DNA of 64,000 bases from Octopus sinensis (taxonomy: Eukaryota): assembly GCF_006345805.1 (NCBI RefSeq), contig NC_043002.1, positions 17,112,001 to 17,176,000 on the forward strand. Reading direction: 5' to 3'. Made by a program: the position numbers and the translations under genes. This document shows, one piece after another, positions 24,469-38,518 of this stretch (within the stretch, counting starts at the first letter, position 1; each line of letters starts with the position of its first letter). The notes under the pieces are model-generated. The model had not been told where the DNA came from and made no database searches. It saw only the letters and a program-made list of their open reading frames with translations.

Positions 24469-25866
24469 TTGGGCTTAGAAAGAAGAATCGCATAAGTCTA
24501 CATAATAGGAAGCTGAACTCAAATCTTAAAGCGCCGTGACAATTACAACCTGCTATTTGAGTCGTTAGTGAAAGTCCATGCAAATAACTCGTTTTATGCA
24601 TAGTTTTAGGAAATATATTCGCAGAGGTGCTCCAGCATGACAGCAGCCGCCTGGCTGAAACGTATAGAAAAGTATGTTTAACAATATGTTTGATATTAGA
24701 ATTAAGATTTAACATTTAGTTGCAATATTTTAATATTTTTTGTCTGTTTACTTTTACTAATTATGATTAACAGTATTTATTTTCCTCTTAAAAAATCTTT
24801 TTTAACAAATTTAACATATTTAGCGAAGTCCCTCGTGTAAACAAGAATGATGCATGACAATATTTTGTTTATTCAATATTAATATTTACTATTAGACGGA
24901 AATTAATTACATGTGAAAAATATATTGAAATCTAACAAAAAAACAAAACATTGCCGAATATTTCTGCGCTATTTATAATGGCATTGCAATTGTTTCTAAT
25001 ATATCTGTCTCAAATATAATATTAATTGCCAAGTTAACGTTGCTTTATAATCATTATAAAACATATTTAATACTGTAAACACATTTAAATCCTCTTTGCA
25101 ATCTACTTTCAATTTTGTAAACAAATAACTAAGCAATCTTATATAGTTTGTACACAATATATATTCAATTACAGAAGATTTATTCTGTTGTTCTGTGTAT
25201 CTAACGATCTATCTACAAATCTAAGAATGTATGTATCTAACCCTATATGTGTATATGTATGTATGTATGTGTATATATATATATATATATATTGTGCATC
25301 ATGTGTGTGTGTGTACATACACGCCTCAGAGAAACATACAAAAACGAAATATAATATTATTAATCTTAAAATGATCTAATCCCATTGGATAACATCTCAG
25401 TTTATAAAAAAGAGAAATTATTTGATTATATCGGCATTCATGTTTCGCAGAAATTTTTACATGGATTCAAAAAATAACATTAAGATTGTAATATGACTTT
25501 GGGAAACAGAACTGTAAGATACGTGCAACAAAAAGCAAGAAAATAAACACGAATAACGCATACTAACATACACACTTATTCTAGAATATATGCCATTACC
25601 TTTCTGTAAGAACCAAACAATTTGATAAAAATTAAATTATAAGGCGCAGGAGTGGCTGTGTGGTAAGTAGCTTGCTAACCAACCACATGGTTCCGGGTTC
25701 AATCCCACTGCGTGGCATCTTGGGCAAGTGTCTTCTGCTATAGCCCCGGGCCGACCAATGCCTTGTGAGTGGATTTGGTAGACGGAAACTGAAAGAAGCC
25801 TGTCGTATATATATATATATATATTTATATTTTAATGTTATGTTTTTTCTTATATTTCTTGAGTTT

Positions 25867-25930
25867 GTTGCACTGACGAACATGAAATGCATATTCTGCA
25901 TTAAATGCGAAATCACATGTGATATGTAAC
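25867..25930 (+). ncRNA. type I hammerhead ribozyme
   Basis: GUUGCA-CUGACGA-[stem II with inner AAUGCA(UAUUC)UGCAUU]-GAAA-UCACAUGUGA-UA^UGUAAC; 6-bp stem I; 12-nt palindrome AUCACAUGUGAU as stem III. Confidence 0.8.
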
Positions 25931-26363
25931 TGAATTCTTTTTTAAAATGATGTGTGTTGAAGTTTTGCATTCGGTAAAATTTTGTTTATTTTTAGTAGTT
26001 TTGACCGCATTGGACCCTCTTAGCGTGTTGGTATCTACGAATAGTAGTACCCTCAATATAATATAAATGAATATTTTCAAAGCGGAAGAATTTACGGATT
26101 TTTTCTCTTACGAGGTTTTTCACGCTGATTACTGATAATTTCTTTTAAAGATTTTATCCTCAATTGTTAATTTATATTTTTCACCGGAATAGTTCAATAC
26201 TGAATTTTTATTCCGACTAGGCAATTTGGTACCGAAAAGCATTGCGAAAAAGCCCGCCATTTTCATAGATATGTAAGGATAAACATTCGTACAAGCTACG
26301 ACGAATTCTACGGTTGGCTATCCAGTTTGTAATGTTATGTTTTTTCTTATATTTCTTGAGTTT

Positions 26364-26427
26364 GTTGCACTGACGAACATGAAATGCATATTCTGCATTA
26401 AATACGAAATCACATGTGATATGTAAC
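26364..26427 (+). ncRNA. type I hammerhead ribozyme, second copy
   Basis: Same as 25867-25930 except one stem II substitution (aaatacgaaa vs aaatgcgaaa). Confidence 0.75.
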
Positions 26428-26569
26428 TGAATTCTGTTTTTAAAATGATGTGTTCTGAAGTTTTGCATTCGGTAAAATTTTGTTATTTTTAGTAGTTTTG
26501 ACCGCATTGGTCCTCTTAGCGTGTTGGTATCTACGAATAGTAGTACCCTCAATATAATATAAATATATA

Positions 26570-26660
<91 letters not shown>

Positions 26661-27630
26661 TTGTGTGTCTGTATTTGTCCCCTAGCATTGCTTGACAACC
26701 GATGCTGGTGTGTTTATGTCCCCGTTGCTTAGCGGTTCGGCAAAAGAGACCGATAGTCAAATGACTGAAACAAGTAAAAGAGTAAAAGAGTGTAAAGAGT
26801 AACCATTGTATGTATGCTATAATTCATTTTGATATTCATAATGTGAAATATATGCCTCCCAATTCAATCATTGCATGCCGGGTAACACTACTATTGTTAT
26901 ATACTCGAAATATTCAAAATCTTACACGCAAGTTTGTATTTATTAATCTAAAATTCTAGTTTCACGTATTACTCAGGAATAAGAGTTGTTATTAAAGTTG
27001 CTATAAGCAAATTATAACTTATACCAATTAAGATGTTTATGGCTTCGTAATTTAATGATCATTGTTCTTAGAAAATATGTAAATCACCATTTTCATCCTC
27101 ATAGGAAGAAAGCTGGTTCACCGAAATAATTCTACTCGAAATGTGTGTATCAAATTAACAATCTCTGGGTTGCAAGTACCAGCGGGAGCTCATTTAACTT
27201 CCAGATAGGTATGACTGAAATATAACAAAATTAGTATTACAGACTTTATACTTACGGATGCTTAAGTACCAATATTACAGAACAAACTGTATCTATTATT
27301 TCCCAGTGAAACGCAAACGTGCATTGAATACCTGCAAACTTAATTCTATAGAGTAATATATAACTTCATTAAGAATCTATAAATCTTTTCTTTCTAGAAA
27401 TTATTTATCAGACACATGTATATAGAGATCGATAAGCAGATAGATTGATAGAAATACAGATAGATACATACATACATACATATTTCTACACACAGGCACA
27501 TCCACAAGCATACTCACGCACCCACGCACGCATACACACACATACATATATATATATATGTATATATATGCGGTGGTCCAGTATGGCCACAGCCGCATTG
27601 CTGAAACGTGTAAAAGAGGAAAATAGTGTA

Positions 27631-27661
<31 letters not shown>

Positions 27662-27670
27662 ATATATATT

Positions 27671-27925
27671 ACGAGCAAAACGCCCCCCGGCCAGTGTACG
27701 GTGCTGAGTTGTCCAACATTTAAACCAAATTTTGTCAAAACTTTCGACTGATGTACTGGCGCGTACAAATGCACGTTCCCACGGTTTTATCGATGCCATT
27801 CTTATATCGAATCGATTTTTATAATTTTTCAAGACTTATATACTCCCTGATACCGTCGGTATCTACGTATCAATTTGAGCGCAATCGGATGGAGGATGCC
27901 TGAGATCCGAGAAGACACACAGAGA
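27671..27925 (-). mobile_element. non-autonomous Helitron-like fragment
   Basis: Minus strand: microsatellite leader, then ccatccgattgcgctcaaattgatac (resembles the Helitron accgattt..aaattt box) and a GC-rich end. Pattern resemblance only. Confidence 0.35.
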
Positions 27926-27946
27926 GACAGATATGTATATATATAT

Positions 27947-28000
<54 letters not shown>

Positions 28001-28689
28001 CACGCACACACATACATGTATACGAAACATAAATGCAAATCTAATAAAGTAATTTTTTTTCGTAGACTTAGATATTATCGAATGGGATTAATCCATTTTA
28101 AGATTAATAATATATTTTCTATACATGCATACACACACACATACATGCATACACACGCACATTCTCACTCTCTCTCTCTCTCACTCACTCACTCGCTCGC
28201 TCGCTCACTCACTCACTCACTCACTCACTCACTCACTCACACACACACACACACACACACACGTATCGTTCAGGATTTACTTTTAATCTTCTCCCAGAAC
28301 AGTTAACTTCTGTGTGCATCCCTGAGAAATATTTTTTTTTCGAACTATGACATTCATATGAGCTTAGAACATTCTTCTCTATTCATCATGATATTGTCAA
28401 CAGAAAATTCCAAAGCCTTCTGTTTTTTCAATATAGCCATTATGCTCCGGCGAAATTAAGATATCAAGTCGTACATAAACCGGACACTCGAAGTCGTCCC
28501 TGTACACACACTCACACAAACACAATTTCATATCAATGTCTGTATTTACGTATGTATGTGGAAATGTATGTATGTACGCACACGTGTATACGTGGATAGG
28601 TACAATAGGATCTATACACACGCCGAGAAGGGTCAATTCATATGAAAACGTAAGTGAACAAAATAATGTGCTCATCGAAAAATTTGGAA

Positions 28690-28870
28690 GTTCGATTTTT
28701 GTCTTTTTTTTAAAGATAATTAAACCAAATGTTCAGCATTTGAACCAATCACCCAATGAGTATTCCTGCCAAATGTGAAAATCCGTTTGGCCGTTTTCCG
28801 GTAATTTTACAAACACGAAACAAAGACGAATGATTACCATACCTTGCTTCGCTTCCGCGCGCAGGGTAGA
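28690..28870 (+). mobile_element. possible Helentron/DINE-1-like 3' end
   Basis: Ends in hairpin taccttgc-ttcgcttccgcgc-gcagggta after cctgccaaatgtgaaaatccgtttggccgttttcc. Confidence 0.3.
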
Positions 28871-28958
28871 AGCAATACTATCATGCTACTAACCGCTCTA
28901 AAAACCCTACACTCAGCCACGCTAATCAAGCTCTATTCTAGAAAACTCTCAAAGATGA

Positions 28959-29113
28959 GGCGCAGGAGTGGCTGTGTGGTAAGTAGCTTGCTAACCAACC
29001 GGGTTCAGTCCCACTGCGTGGCATCTTGGGCAAGTGTCTTCTATTCAAGCCTCGGGCCGACCAAGGCCTTGTGAGTGAATTTGGTAGACGGTAACTGAAA
29101 GAAGCCTGTCGTA

Positions 29114-29195
<82 letters not shown>

Positions 29196-29424
29196 TGTGT
29201 GTGTGTGTGTATGTGTTTGTGTGTCTGTGTTTGTCTCCCTAGCATTGGCTGACAACCGATGCTGGTGTGTTTACGTCCCCGTCACTTAGCGGTTCGGCAA
29301 AAGAGTCCGATAGAATAAGTACTGGGCTTATAAAGAATAAGTCCCGGGGTCGATTTGCTCGACTAAAGGTGGTGCTCCAGCATGGCCGCAGTCAAATGAC
29401 TGAAACAAGTAAAAGAGTAAAGAG
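28959..29424 (+). mobile_element. SINE type 2 (OR-like), full length with internal (TA)n(TG)n
   Basis: Same head and tail as 25643-26802. Confidence 0.9.
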
Positions 29425-30122
29425 GAAGACAAAAGCTGTGCAAAATTTATTATAGGGTAGAATAAATGACTGGGAGTGGTTTAGTACTATGCAGTATGTC
29501 GATACACCAACTTTTTCAGTTAGATAAATTGCAAGACTGACTTCTTTGGGTTGAATTGAATATATAGTTGTATATTTTAAGATATGAAATAATGTGTACA
29601 TTGAGATCATAAAACACAATAATATGTCCTTACAAAAGCAAACAAAATTTAGAGATGAGTATGGTTCTATCTGAAAATTACGTTAAGGGCACCCGTGTCA
29701 CTGTCATGCACTGCCACTTAGGACATTTATTCAGGAAAAGATTATTCAGTCCAACGAGCAAGATAATCCACATTGTCGTACAGAGTAGATGCATATGTGT
29801 GTGTGTGTGCGCGCGCGGGCATACACACAAATATGATTATGTATGTATGTATGTATGTATGTATGTATGTATGTATGTATGTTTGTATGTATGTATGTAT
29901 GTAGATAAATAGATACACAAACATATATACATGTACCTACTTTCTTGTGTATATCCAAAGAAATATACACGAATGTCTTTATATATATATATATATATAT
30001 GCATGTTTTTATGTAAACATAATTATATACGAACAAACTCGCATACATGAATATATATATGTGTGTGTGTTTCTTTGCGTCTGCATGCGTGTGTATGTGA
30101 AAGGGTCTATCTGCGTGTAAAC

Positions 30123-30174
<52 letters not shown>

Positions 30175-30222
30175 TTTGCGTACACATATAAATATGTACT
30201 CATATATATATATATATATATA

Positions 30223-30267
<45 letters not shown>

Positions 30268-32499
30268 TATATATAGATATATATATATATAGATATATAT
30301 ATATATGTGTATGTATACGAATTACATACATGCATATAGATGTATACAACTCTTTGTTTATCTAATAAAAAGCGAAATCTATTTGTAGTAATCTCATGCA
30401 ACTTTTGTTTTGTCTTGTTCTGCATCTGTTCTTCGATTTTATAAATATATTCCTACCCATATAGATTTTACCTAAGTAGATATTATCCATTCTAGAATAT
30501 CAAAACATGAAACAGAACAACAAATACAGATCGTATAAAAAAAAATAACCTAATGAAGATATCTAAAGGAAACGGTTGAATAATATCGAAGACTGATAAA
30601 TATATAAATAAAATACGACAAAGAATATTTCACTGTGACAGTTGCAATTCTAAGATCTCCTTTTAATTCCTAATCGTGATTTCATATCGATTTTTGTGCT
30701 TCACCTTTGCAATTCATATTTGACGTTGCCGATAAACGTGTTTTTTAGCCTATTCTGATTTATGTAAATATACTCTAATCTTTGTACAAACATTCTCATA
30801 CTTCCTTTTGTTTCAATCTGACCATAAGTCTCTTGCCATCGTATTAAAAGCAAATAAACGATGGGCATTGTTTCCAATTTCATTCTTATCGTCAACGAAT
30901 CTCTTATTCTTGTCTTTGCATCCCCAGGTTTGTTTTACGGATATGACTTTTATAAGATTCTCTGTACATCATTGTGTCACATTTTGTTATGTGTGTCATT
31001 AGATTTTATATATTAGCTTCATTTCTAGAGTCTGCAATAGAAATGGCAAAGTATTATTTATCGACGCATTGAACAGTTCAATTAAAAACACTTAATATTT
31101 ATTTACTTTATCTTATAATGGAAAAAGCTACAAATCTACCCCAAGATCTAAAATTTATTTGCCAATTTCAAACAACAATCTAGGCTTGACGTCGATAATG
31201 TCGTGAATTTTCCTACTTAACTGACTATATTGACGTAGTAGAATGAGTGTATTATTCTAGAATAAACGAAATTGCAAAAAGGTTATGATTTTCTCACTGT
31301 ATTTGTAGGTTTGCTTAAATATATTACGTTTGCGACAGGTATAAACAAAATAAAGTACGCGCTAATAGCTTACAAGACAAGGCAACAGTTCTTCGATTGG
31401 GAAAAGTTGCCACTCAAATAATTATGAATTTCTTGCTTACAATGGTCAGTAACCGGCAACATAGCTTTAATAGGGAAATTTATAAATTCAAATTTTAATA
31501 AAATTATGGTGAATAAAATGATTATTGATTAACCTGCTAATAGCATTTTTACTTTTTCAGCTTCCTCAGATGTGAACTCTAGCCATGCTTATTTTATATT
31601 CTGATAAGCTTTGAGAAATATACAACCATACACATTAATTACGTGTCATAATGTATGAATCAGTAAATTTTCTTCTATAATGTCACAAAAGATATTACCT
31701 ATTTAATCATCACAAAAGCCAGTAATTCACAAACCAGCAGGTATAACAATATTACAATATGTAATACTTGGAACATTAAACTATAAACATTCTGACTGAA
31801 TAAATATTATTTTTTTCTGAACTTTTACGTATTACAAATCTGGTTATACTTATGGTGATATTCTGATATCAGCGAAGTTCATCCTGCAGCATACAGGTAT
31901 GAATAGCGGTGAAAGGCACATCACTTGATGTTGACGAGTTGGAAATTAGAAACTGTATTCTCTGACATTATTTTAAATGACATACAATATAAACAATCGA
32001 TTATTTTTGTTGCTCGGTAATTATCTACCTAAATTAACATCGTTTGTGAACACAACAATATCGGACAAAGAGACTGGAAATATAAAGAATGCCAATAGTG
32101 GGTGAGAGGTGGATTCGAAATAATAAATACGACGGCCTGTAAGCATAAACAATATATTTTACGAACCAGGATAAATAAAATCAAAATGCGGTGTATTTAT
32201 TTTCATTTAAAGTACTTTGGCTTTAGCTCCATGGTGATATAACTAAATGAGCGTCGGGCTAGATATTCTGTGTTATTCACAGCGACTTAATATGATAGCA
32301 ACGTAAACATTGATTTCATTTTTCTGTAGGCAATAATATAGTATATGAAGAGCTGCTTTTAAATTCCTGTTCCTCCTGAATTTGTGGACTTGCTTGTATG
32401 CGAGAATTAGAGGTATTATCAAATAATATATATAGCAATTATCAAATAATATATATATATGTATATGTATATATATATATATGCATATGTATATATATA

Positions 32500-32533
<34 letters not shown>

Positions 32534-32879
32534 ATTAATATATATATCAATTATCAAAGGATATATATACCATTAAAGGAGTCATTATTCTATTTACATT
32601 TAATCGTAGATATTGCAACGTGAAATTTTAAAGTAAATGATAGTCATAGCTGACGGCCTAGAATTGTTATAAATATGGGTTTCACATTATCTTTAATTTC
32701 GAAAATCATTCGCTTTACAACAATATCATTTCACATTTCTAATGTTCAGCAAATAATCGCTTGTGCCTTTTTACTTGTTTCAACTCCAGAGCCGAGTTTA
32801 TGCAAGGGTAACGCCGTTAGTTTTGCTACATTCTCATTATATAAAAACCTCTTCTAGATTGTGGAAATTGCGAATGAGT

Positions 32880-34330
32880 AAGTTTGACATTCCTGCCTCA
32901 TCTACGTTGCCAGCCGCGATATAGGCTCATCCGGAAATTTTGACAGGAGGAGATACATTCTTTATTACCGACATCCACTGCATGCAGGTCTCTCATGAGT
33001 TTCTGAAGGGATAGCTAATCTGCTGCAGTATCTGTTCTGGAACCCTGATGGTGATATTAGGATGTTTGGGACTATGCTGTGGTACCCAACAAAGTCCTTC
33101 CAGAAAATGCCAGATATCTTCTCCGCATATCTTTTCCGCCCTCCTTTTAGAGAGTAGCGTTTTAAAGTTTTAACTTTCTCAGCGTTTCACGAATAGCTGA
33201 CAGGTCGCACGCAGACGTTCTCGTTTGTGCAGCTTCTGTGGATTGTTTCCAGTACCGCAGTACATTTTACACTGTGTTGTGACCATCTTTGGGAGCAGTA
33301 GCCTACGCGGCAGAGGACATAAGACATCCAGCAAACTATCGTAGTTTCCTTTTTTCTCTTTCTAAAAGATCTAAGGCTCCGTCCGGCCAGCTATCTATAT
33401 CTGTTGCCAACTCAGTAGGATTCGGCTGGAATAATTAACCATCACTCCTGTTAATGCCCAGTTCGGGCACTGGTTTTGTAATCCCACCTTGACCTGTGTT
33501 TCCCGTCTGCATTTCATTCAGTTTCGTGTGTTGTTAGCGCGGGGCTTGAATTTTTCCAAACTTAAAACCACTTATTATTGTCCTTAGCCTATCATCAATT
33601 TGTATCCATCTCCTATGTCCTGTATCCTCGAAGAGACTTTTGTATCGTCTGCATACCTAGCAACGGTGGCTATCTGAGCAGCTGAGGCAATAACTGAGAG
33701 GGCCACTATGAATAGCAGCAGCACTAACGCTGTGACCTGGGGGACACAATTCCTTATTCGGGCTTTCTCTTTCATGTTATTCCATTGACCACTACTACCT
33801 ATTATCTTTTAGAAAACTCGTGTAATCACACTCCCGGTATACCGAGATATCGTAGCTTTTTTGCAAATTCGTGATATATCACTTCACATTCGCGTTTTAG
33901 TCCTGCAAATATTGTGTCAGTCAATATCTTCTGATTGAAAACCACCCATCAATCAGAAAGTAAATCTTCTCAAGGAATGCAGTCAGTTTCTTTCTGACTA
34001 CTCGCTCCATGATTTTCCTGATGTGTGAAGCCAGAGAGATTGGCCTATAGATTTAGCCTCTGCTCCGTATCTAATATCATTGATAAGGTATATTATTCCC
34101 TCATTTAATTTGCTTGAAGTGTTACCTCTTGCAAAGAGGCTCCCGAGAAGTAGCTGCAATGGTTTTGTAGGGGCACGCTTACATGTTTGGAGGCCAACAG
34201 ATGAATTTGCGTCTACCTCATCTACGACTAGCATTACATCTTTTGTTTTTACTTCGAAGCAATTAATTACATTTGCCTCCCAGATTTCAAGTTTAGAAGC
34301 AAAGACCTCTGCCGTTCCGTTCACTTGCCT
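32880..34330 (-). pseudogene. decayed CR1/L2-group LINE RT
   Basis: VIYHEFAK..SFLKD..VVVNG..VPQ..LLLFIV..RYADDTKV followed by thumb-region YCSQ.WS and YSL..R.RY; many stops and frameshifts. Confidence 0.85.
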
Positions 34331-35420
34331 GAATCCGGTGATATTAATTAAATAAGAAAACGAATATTTATCATTGTTATTGTATGATATTTTGTGTATT
34401 TCTTTAATATTTTCATGCGATTACAAGAGAAATTACATACGTATTCACGTTTACAAGTAATACACGTTTCTTATATAGTTCCGGAAACAAATTATATTTT
34501 AAGCAATTACTAGAAAATAAATGTATCAAAAGTTAACTGTCGTAAATATATAATTCTTAGGGAATTAAGTATTTTAAATGTTATACTGTTCCCAAAAATC
34601 TTGCTAGCCCAGGAGTTAATGTTATTTTATCCATTTAGAATATGTAATAGAAATATCGAAACATGGATTTTAAAATTTATCAAGAAAAGTAACATTTTGA
34701 AAGATGTTTTCTGTGGCTCCTTTAAATAATAATTTTTGAAGACAATCGCAGCAGAAATATTCTTATACAATTATTCATTGTACATGAAATACGGCTGAAC
34801 ACAGCGATAAACAGTAATTAAAGATGGCGACAAACCTGTCAATAATTTCGTTGTGTGATAAAAAGAAAAAGTTTTGTAGGAATAGATACGCTATCGATGT
34901 ATGTACACATTCGTTTGGAAATCCAATTATTAAAGTTTTGTTAATATTAAATTACGTTTAGTTTGTCAAAGTTTATATGATCTGACTTTTGTAGTTGAAA
35001 AGTATTGCATAGAGAGAGAGTGTTACAGAGACAGAGACACATAATGAGAGCAGATAAATATCAAACAGGACCGCTTGCTTTATGAATGTTCTCACCTGCA
35101 ATGATGCAATTACTAACACCTGATGACAAGTTACATCAGACGAGTAAAATATGAAATAAAATTATTGCAGAAAATAAAAGAAACAGCGCGAAGAAGAATT
35201 ATATGATTACAAATATAATAAAATGTTCGCAGAAAGCTGATTCTGCCATAAATGTTCTCTTTATGTAACGTTCTAACGCTATTCGAGAATATTCTCTCAC
35301 ACTTTAATTCACCTTTAAAAAAACTTTTCGATACTAATTTAATTATATAATTACCATACAGAGGGTTACTATTGCTTCATAAACGTAAATTTGCCTGTAT
35401 CTATTTGAAAGTTACAGACA

Positions 35421-35561
35421 GGCGTAGGAGTGGCTTGCTTACGAACCATATGGTTCCGAGTTCAGTCCCACTGCGTGGCACCTTGGGCAAGCGTCTTCTA
35501 CTATAACCTCGGGCCGACCAAATCCTTGTGAATAGATTTGGTAGACAAATTGAAAGAAGCC

Positions 35562-35650
<89 letters not shown>

Positions 35651-35876
35651 TAATATATAATATATATGTATGTATGTGTGTGTATACGTTTGTCTGTCTG
35701 TGTTTGTCCCCCAAACATCGCTCGACAACCGATGCTGGTGTGTTTGCGTCCCTGTAACTTAGCGGTTCGGCAAAAGAGACCGATAGAATAAGTCCTGGGG
35801 TCGATTTGATCGACAGAAGGCGGTGCTCCAGCATGGCCACAGTCAAATGACTAAAACAATTAAAAGAGTAAAGAGT
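35421..35876 (+). mobile_element. SINE type 2 (OR-like)
   Basis: Head, ~100-bp internal (TA)n and tail. Confidence 0.9.
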
Positions 35877-36746
35877 ATGTTATTAAAAATGCTAATTTTT
35901 GTCTAAACATGTACATTTGTCTTTGCATGATATTAATCTTAACTGTGGGTGCTTTCGACGTGTTTCTCCAAAATATTCAACAATCGATTAAACACAAGCT
36001 TTTAAGGAGCAATATATCGCCTATTTAGCTCAATATATTTAACGATTATGTAAATATGTTAGTAAATATTGCAAGAAGTCAAACTTAATACTCATTTGAA
36101 CAATTGTCAGAAGAGCTGATAAAATTATGAAGTCCCTCAGAAATAGAAAATCTATTCTACCATAACCCAATTCCCTCCTCATTCCCAGCATCTCGTTATG
36201 ACATGTATATTTGTGACTGCCTTGTAATTCCTGAGTAAATAATGTCAATAATCTGAGGAGGACCGTTCCAAACTGATTTAGGTAGTTGGTAGTATCATAC
36301 ACGATTTTAGTACCCGTTTAGATCCCGAAGGAAATTTACAGTGAACGTACTGGATGGTATTCCGGGACATGCAAACAAATCCTGCAAATGTGTTAGGGAG
36401 ACAATTCTTACGAGCATGCAGAAAAGCAGATAATGTTGTTCCGACTAACGTAGATAGTATTCAGATAAATCTTTCTAAATGACGCTCTTCACATATGAGT
36501 TGTCCCTTGAGATCAAATGCAGTATCTAATGTAATGAAGATACATGCAAATTAATTTCAGTTGCCAATCAAAGAGAAACTGCTTTATTATCAGATCTGAT
36601 TATTTTTAAAGATCTAATGAAATTACTTAAATTTGTAATCGTTTCAGACATACGGTCTGCTGGGGCCCGTTACACACACAAATTTTAAGCATAAAATTGC
36701 AGCTTCGATTATGTAGTTTGTTGCGTAAAAACTCGACTAGCAAACC

Positions 36747-36975
36747 TATTTCTTTACTACCCTCAAGGGGCTAAACAGAGGGGACAAACAAGGACAGACA
36801 AACGGATTAAGTCGATTACATCGACCCCAGTGCGTAACTGGCACTTAATTTATCGACCTCAAAACGATGAAAAGCAAAGTTGACCTCGGCGGAATTTGAG
36901 CACAGAACGTAACGGCAGACGAAATAGAGCTACGCATTTCGCCCGGCGTGCTAACGTTTCTGCCAACTCGCCGCC
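36747..36975 (-). mobile_element. SINE type 1 (OK-like), full length
   Basis: Reverse complement of the unit at 1045-1273. Confidence 0.9.
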
Positions 36976-37325
36976 TTCTCGACCAGCAGACATATTTTGC
37001 AAAGTGTTTAATCTATGGCTATCCCACTTTCTTTTCATACGCATTTTGACTAGAAAAATACAATTTTGAGAAACATTTAACATTGAAACAGCGACGTTTG
37101 GTTTAAGAGATTAGCGGTTGCAATTTTTAAAGGTGAAGCGACTTCATCACAAGAGTCGATATTTGGATTTAAAGGAAAATGTTGTATATAATATATAATA
37201 TGTATGTTACATATTTTACATTTAGGAAAGATCGAAGCATACAAAATAATGTGAAAGGAAGTGTTTTAAGTGAAAGCGAATTCCATTAAAACAATGTCCT
37301 AGCAGATATTTCAATTATTACACAC

Positions 37326-37390
<65 letters not shown>

Positions 37391-38199
37391 TATATATATA
37401 TATATATAAATAAACAGTGTTTTAAATTTCCACGCTTTAAAATAGCTTTCGGCCAAACATTCATCAGTTATCAGTGCATTCAAAGTTGAACAGTTTGTTG
37501 TTTCTTAGATAAATCGTATGCCTGGATAATTTGTTTTATTCGTATATATCTTTACTTTCCTGGATTGTCTGAATATGTTTCCTTGCTTGGGGATAAATTG
37601 TGGAAATCATTGCTAGACGTAAACTGATATATGACGTAGTCGTATATCTATATTGAAGTTTGCGAATATAATTCTAATCCATTCTTAGTGCGAGAATAGA
37701 AAGAGTAAGTATGCCAATTTGTCGGCTATTTTGGTTGTAAACGAGAAAAATATGATTTTCAATAGAATAATAAACATTTTTTTTCGGTTTGCTAAACCAA
37801 ATATAATACATAATGTATCGAACTTATCGATGACGTTAAATCAACTGTGATTAAAATATAAAATAGCAGCTACTATTTGGTTTGGGATGAAGCATATTAA
37901 AATTAAGATGTAAAGTCATTTAAATATTAATTTTTATTCGAAATTCAAAACAGGTCTCGGAATACGTAACAATCTCTTGTCTCACTAATCGCTTGTCCTA
38001 CTGGTGTCGCCACTATGAAGCAGGGTTTCATCCGTTCTCAAATTACGTGGTTTCGTAGCCGGTAATTTTGTCACAAACAAACTGCGATACGTGTTAGATA
38101 TTAATAGAAGAACCACGAACCTGAAATTTACTGTATTGGAAATTCTAAATCATGTACGAATTCTACGTACAACTATATTTTCCATCATTATTTGTTTAG

Positions 38200-38518
38200 T
38201 ACTTTCATGAATGTCAACACCTTATCACATGATGCTAGCAACTTCTCCCTCAACAATGTATCCCTCCCACTGCAACTTGTTACGGGTTTGTATGTGATTG
38301 AATGGAACGGAAAATTTAAAATAGAGAGGTGGGTATATAGTGCTTCAATAATGTAAACGTTTTCCAACAATAATTTTCCACAAAATCGGGTTCGGTATGC
38401 TTTCCTTTGTCGCAGTCATTACCGAGTTTACAACTCACCTACATATTTTGATGTGCTCGAAATAGCAACCAAAACTTCCTTAAATCTCACACTGCTGTCT
38501 TCAATAAAATCTTATATG
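38200..38518 (+). CDS. candidate exon pair (38200-38328, 38416-38518) of an unidentified gene
   Basis: AG/GT boundaries, strong acceptor ctttcctttgtcgcag and donor gtaagt; phases match across an 87-nt intron giving TFMNVNTLSHDASNFSLNNVSLPLQLVTGLYVIEWNGKFKIESHYRVYNSPTYFDVLEIATKTSLNLTLLSSIKSYM. No homology recognised. Confidence 0.2.

Larger units (their letters stand above)
25833..26564 (+). mobile_element. retrozyme-like or PLE pLTR-only element: 497-bp unit in ~1.5 tandem copies (direct repeats 25833-26068/26330-26564)
   Basis: Near-identical ~235-bp direct repeats, each with an HHR; no convincing ORF; (TA)n on both sides. Confidence 0.8.
25643..26802 (+). mobile_element. tRNA/CORE-type SINE type 2 (octopus OR-like); head 25643-25806 and tail ~26645-26802 split by an insertion in its internal (TA)n
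   Basis: Head ggcgcaggagtggctgtgtggtaagtagcttg..gaaagaagcctgtcg; tail cttgacaaccgatgctggtgtg..caaatgactgaaacaagtaaaagag. Confidence 0.9.
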
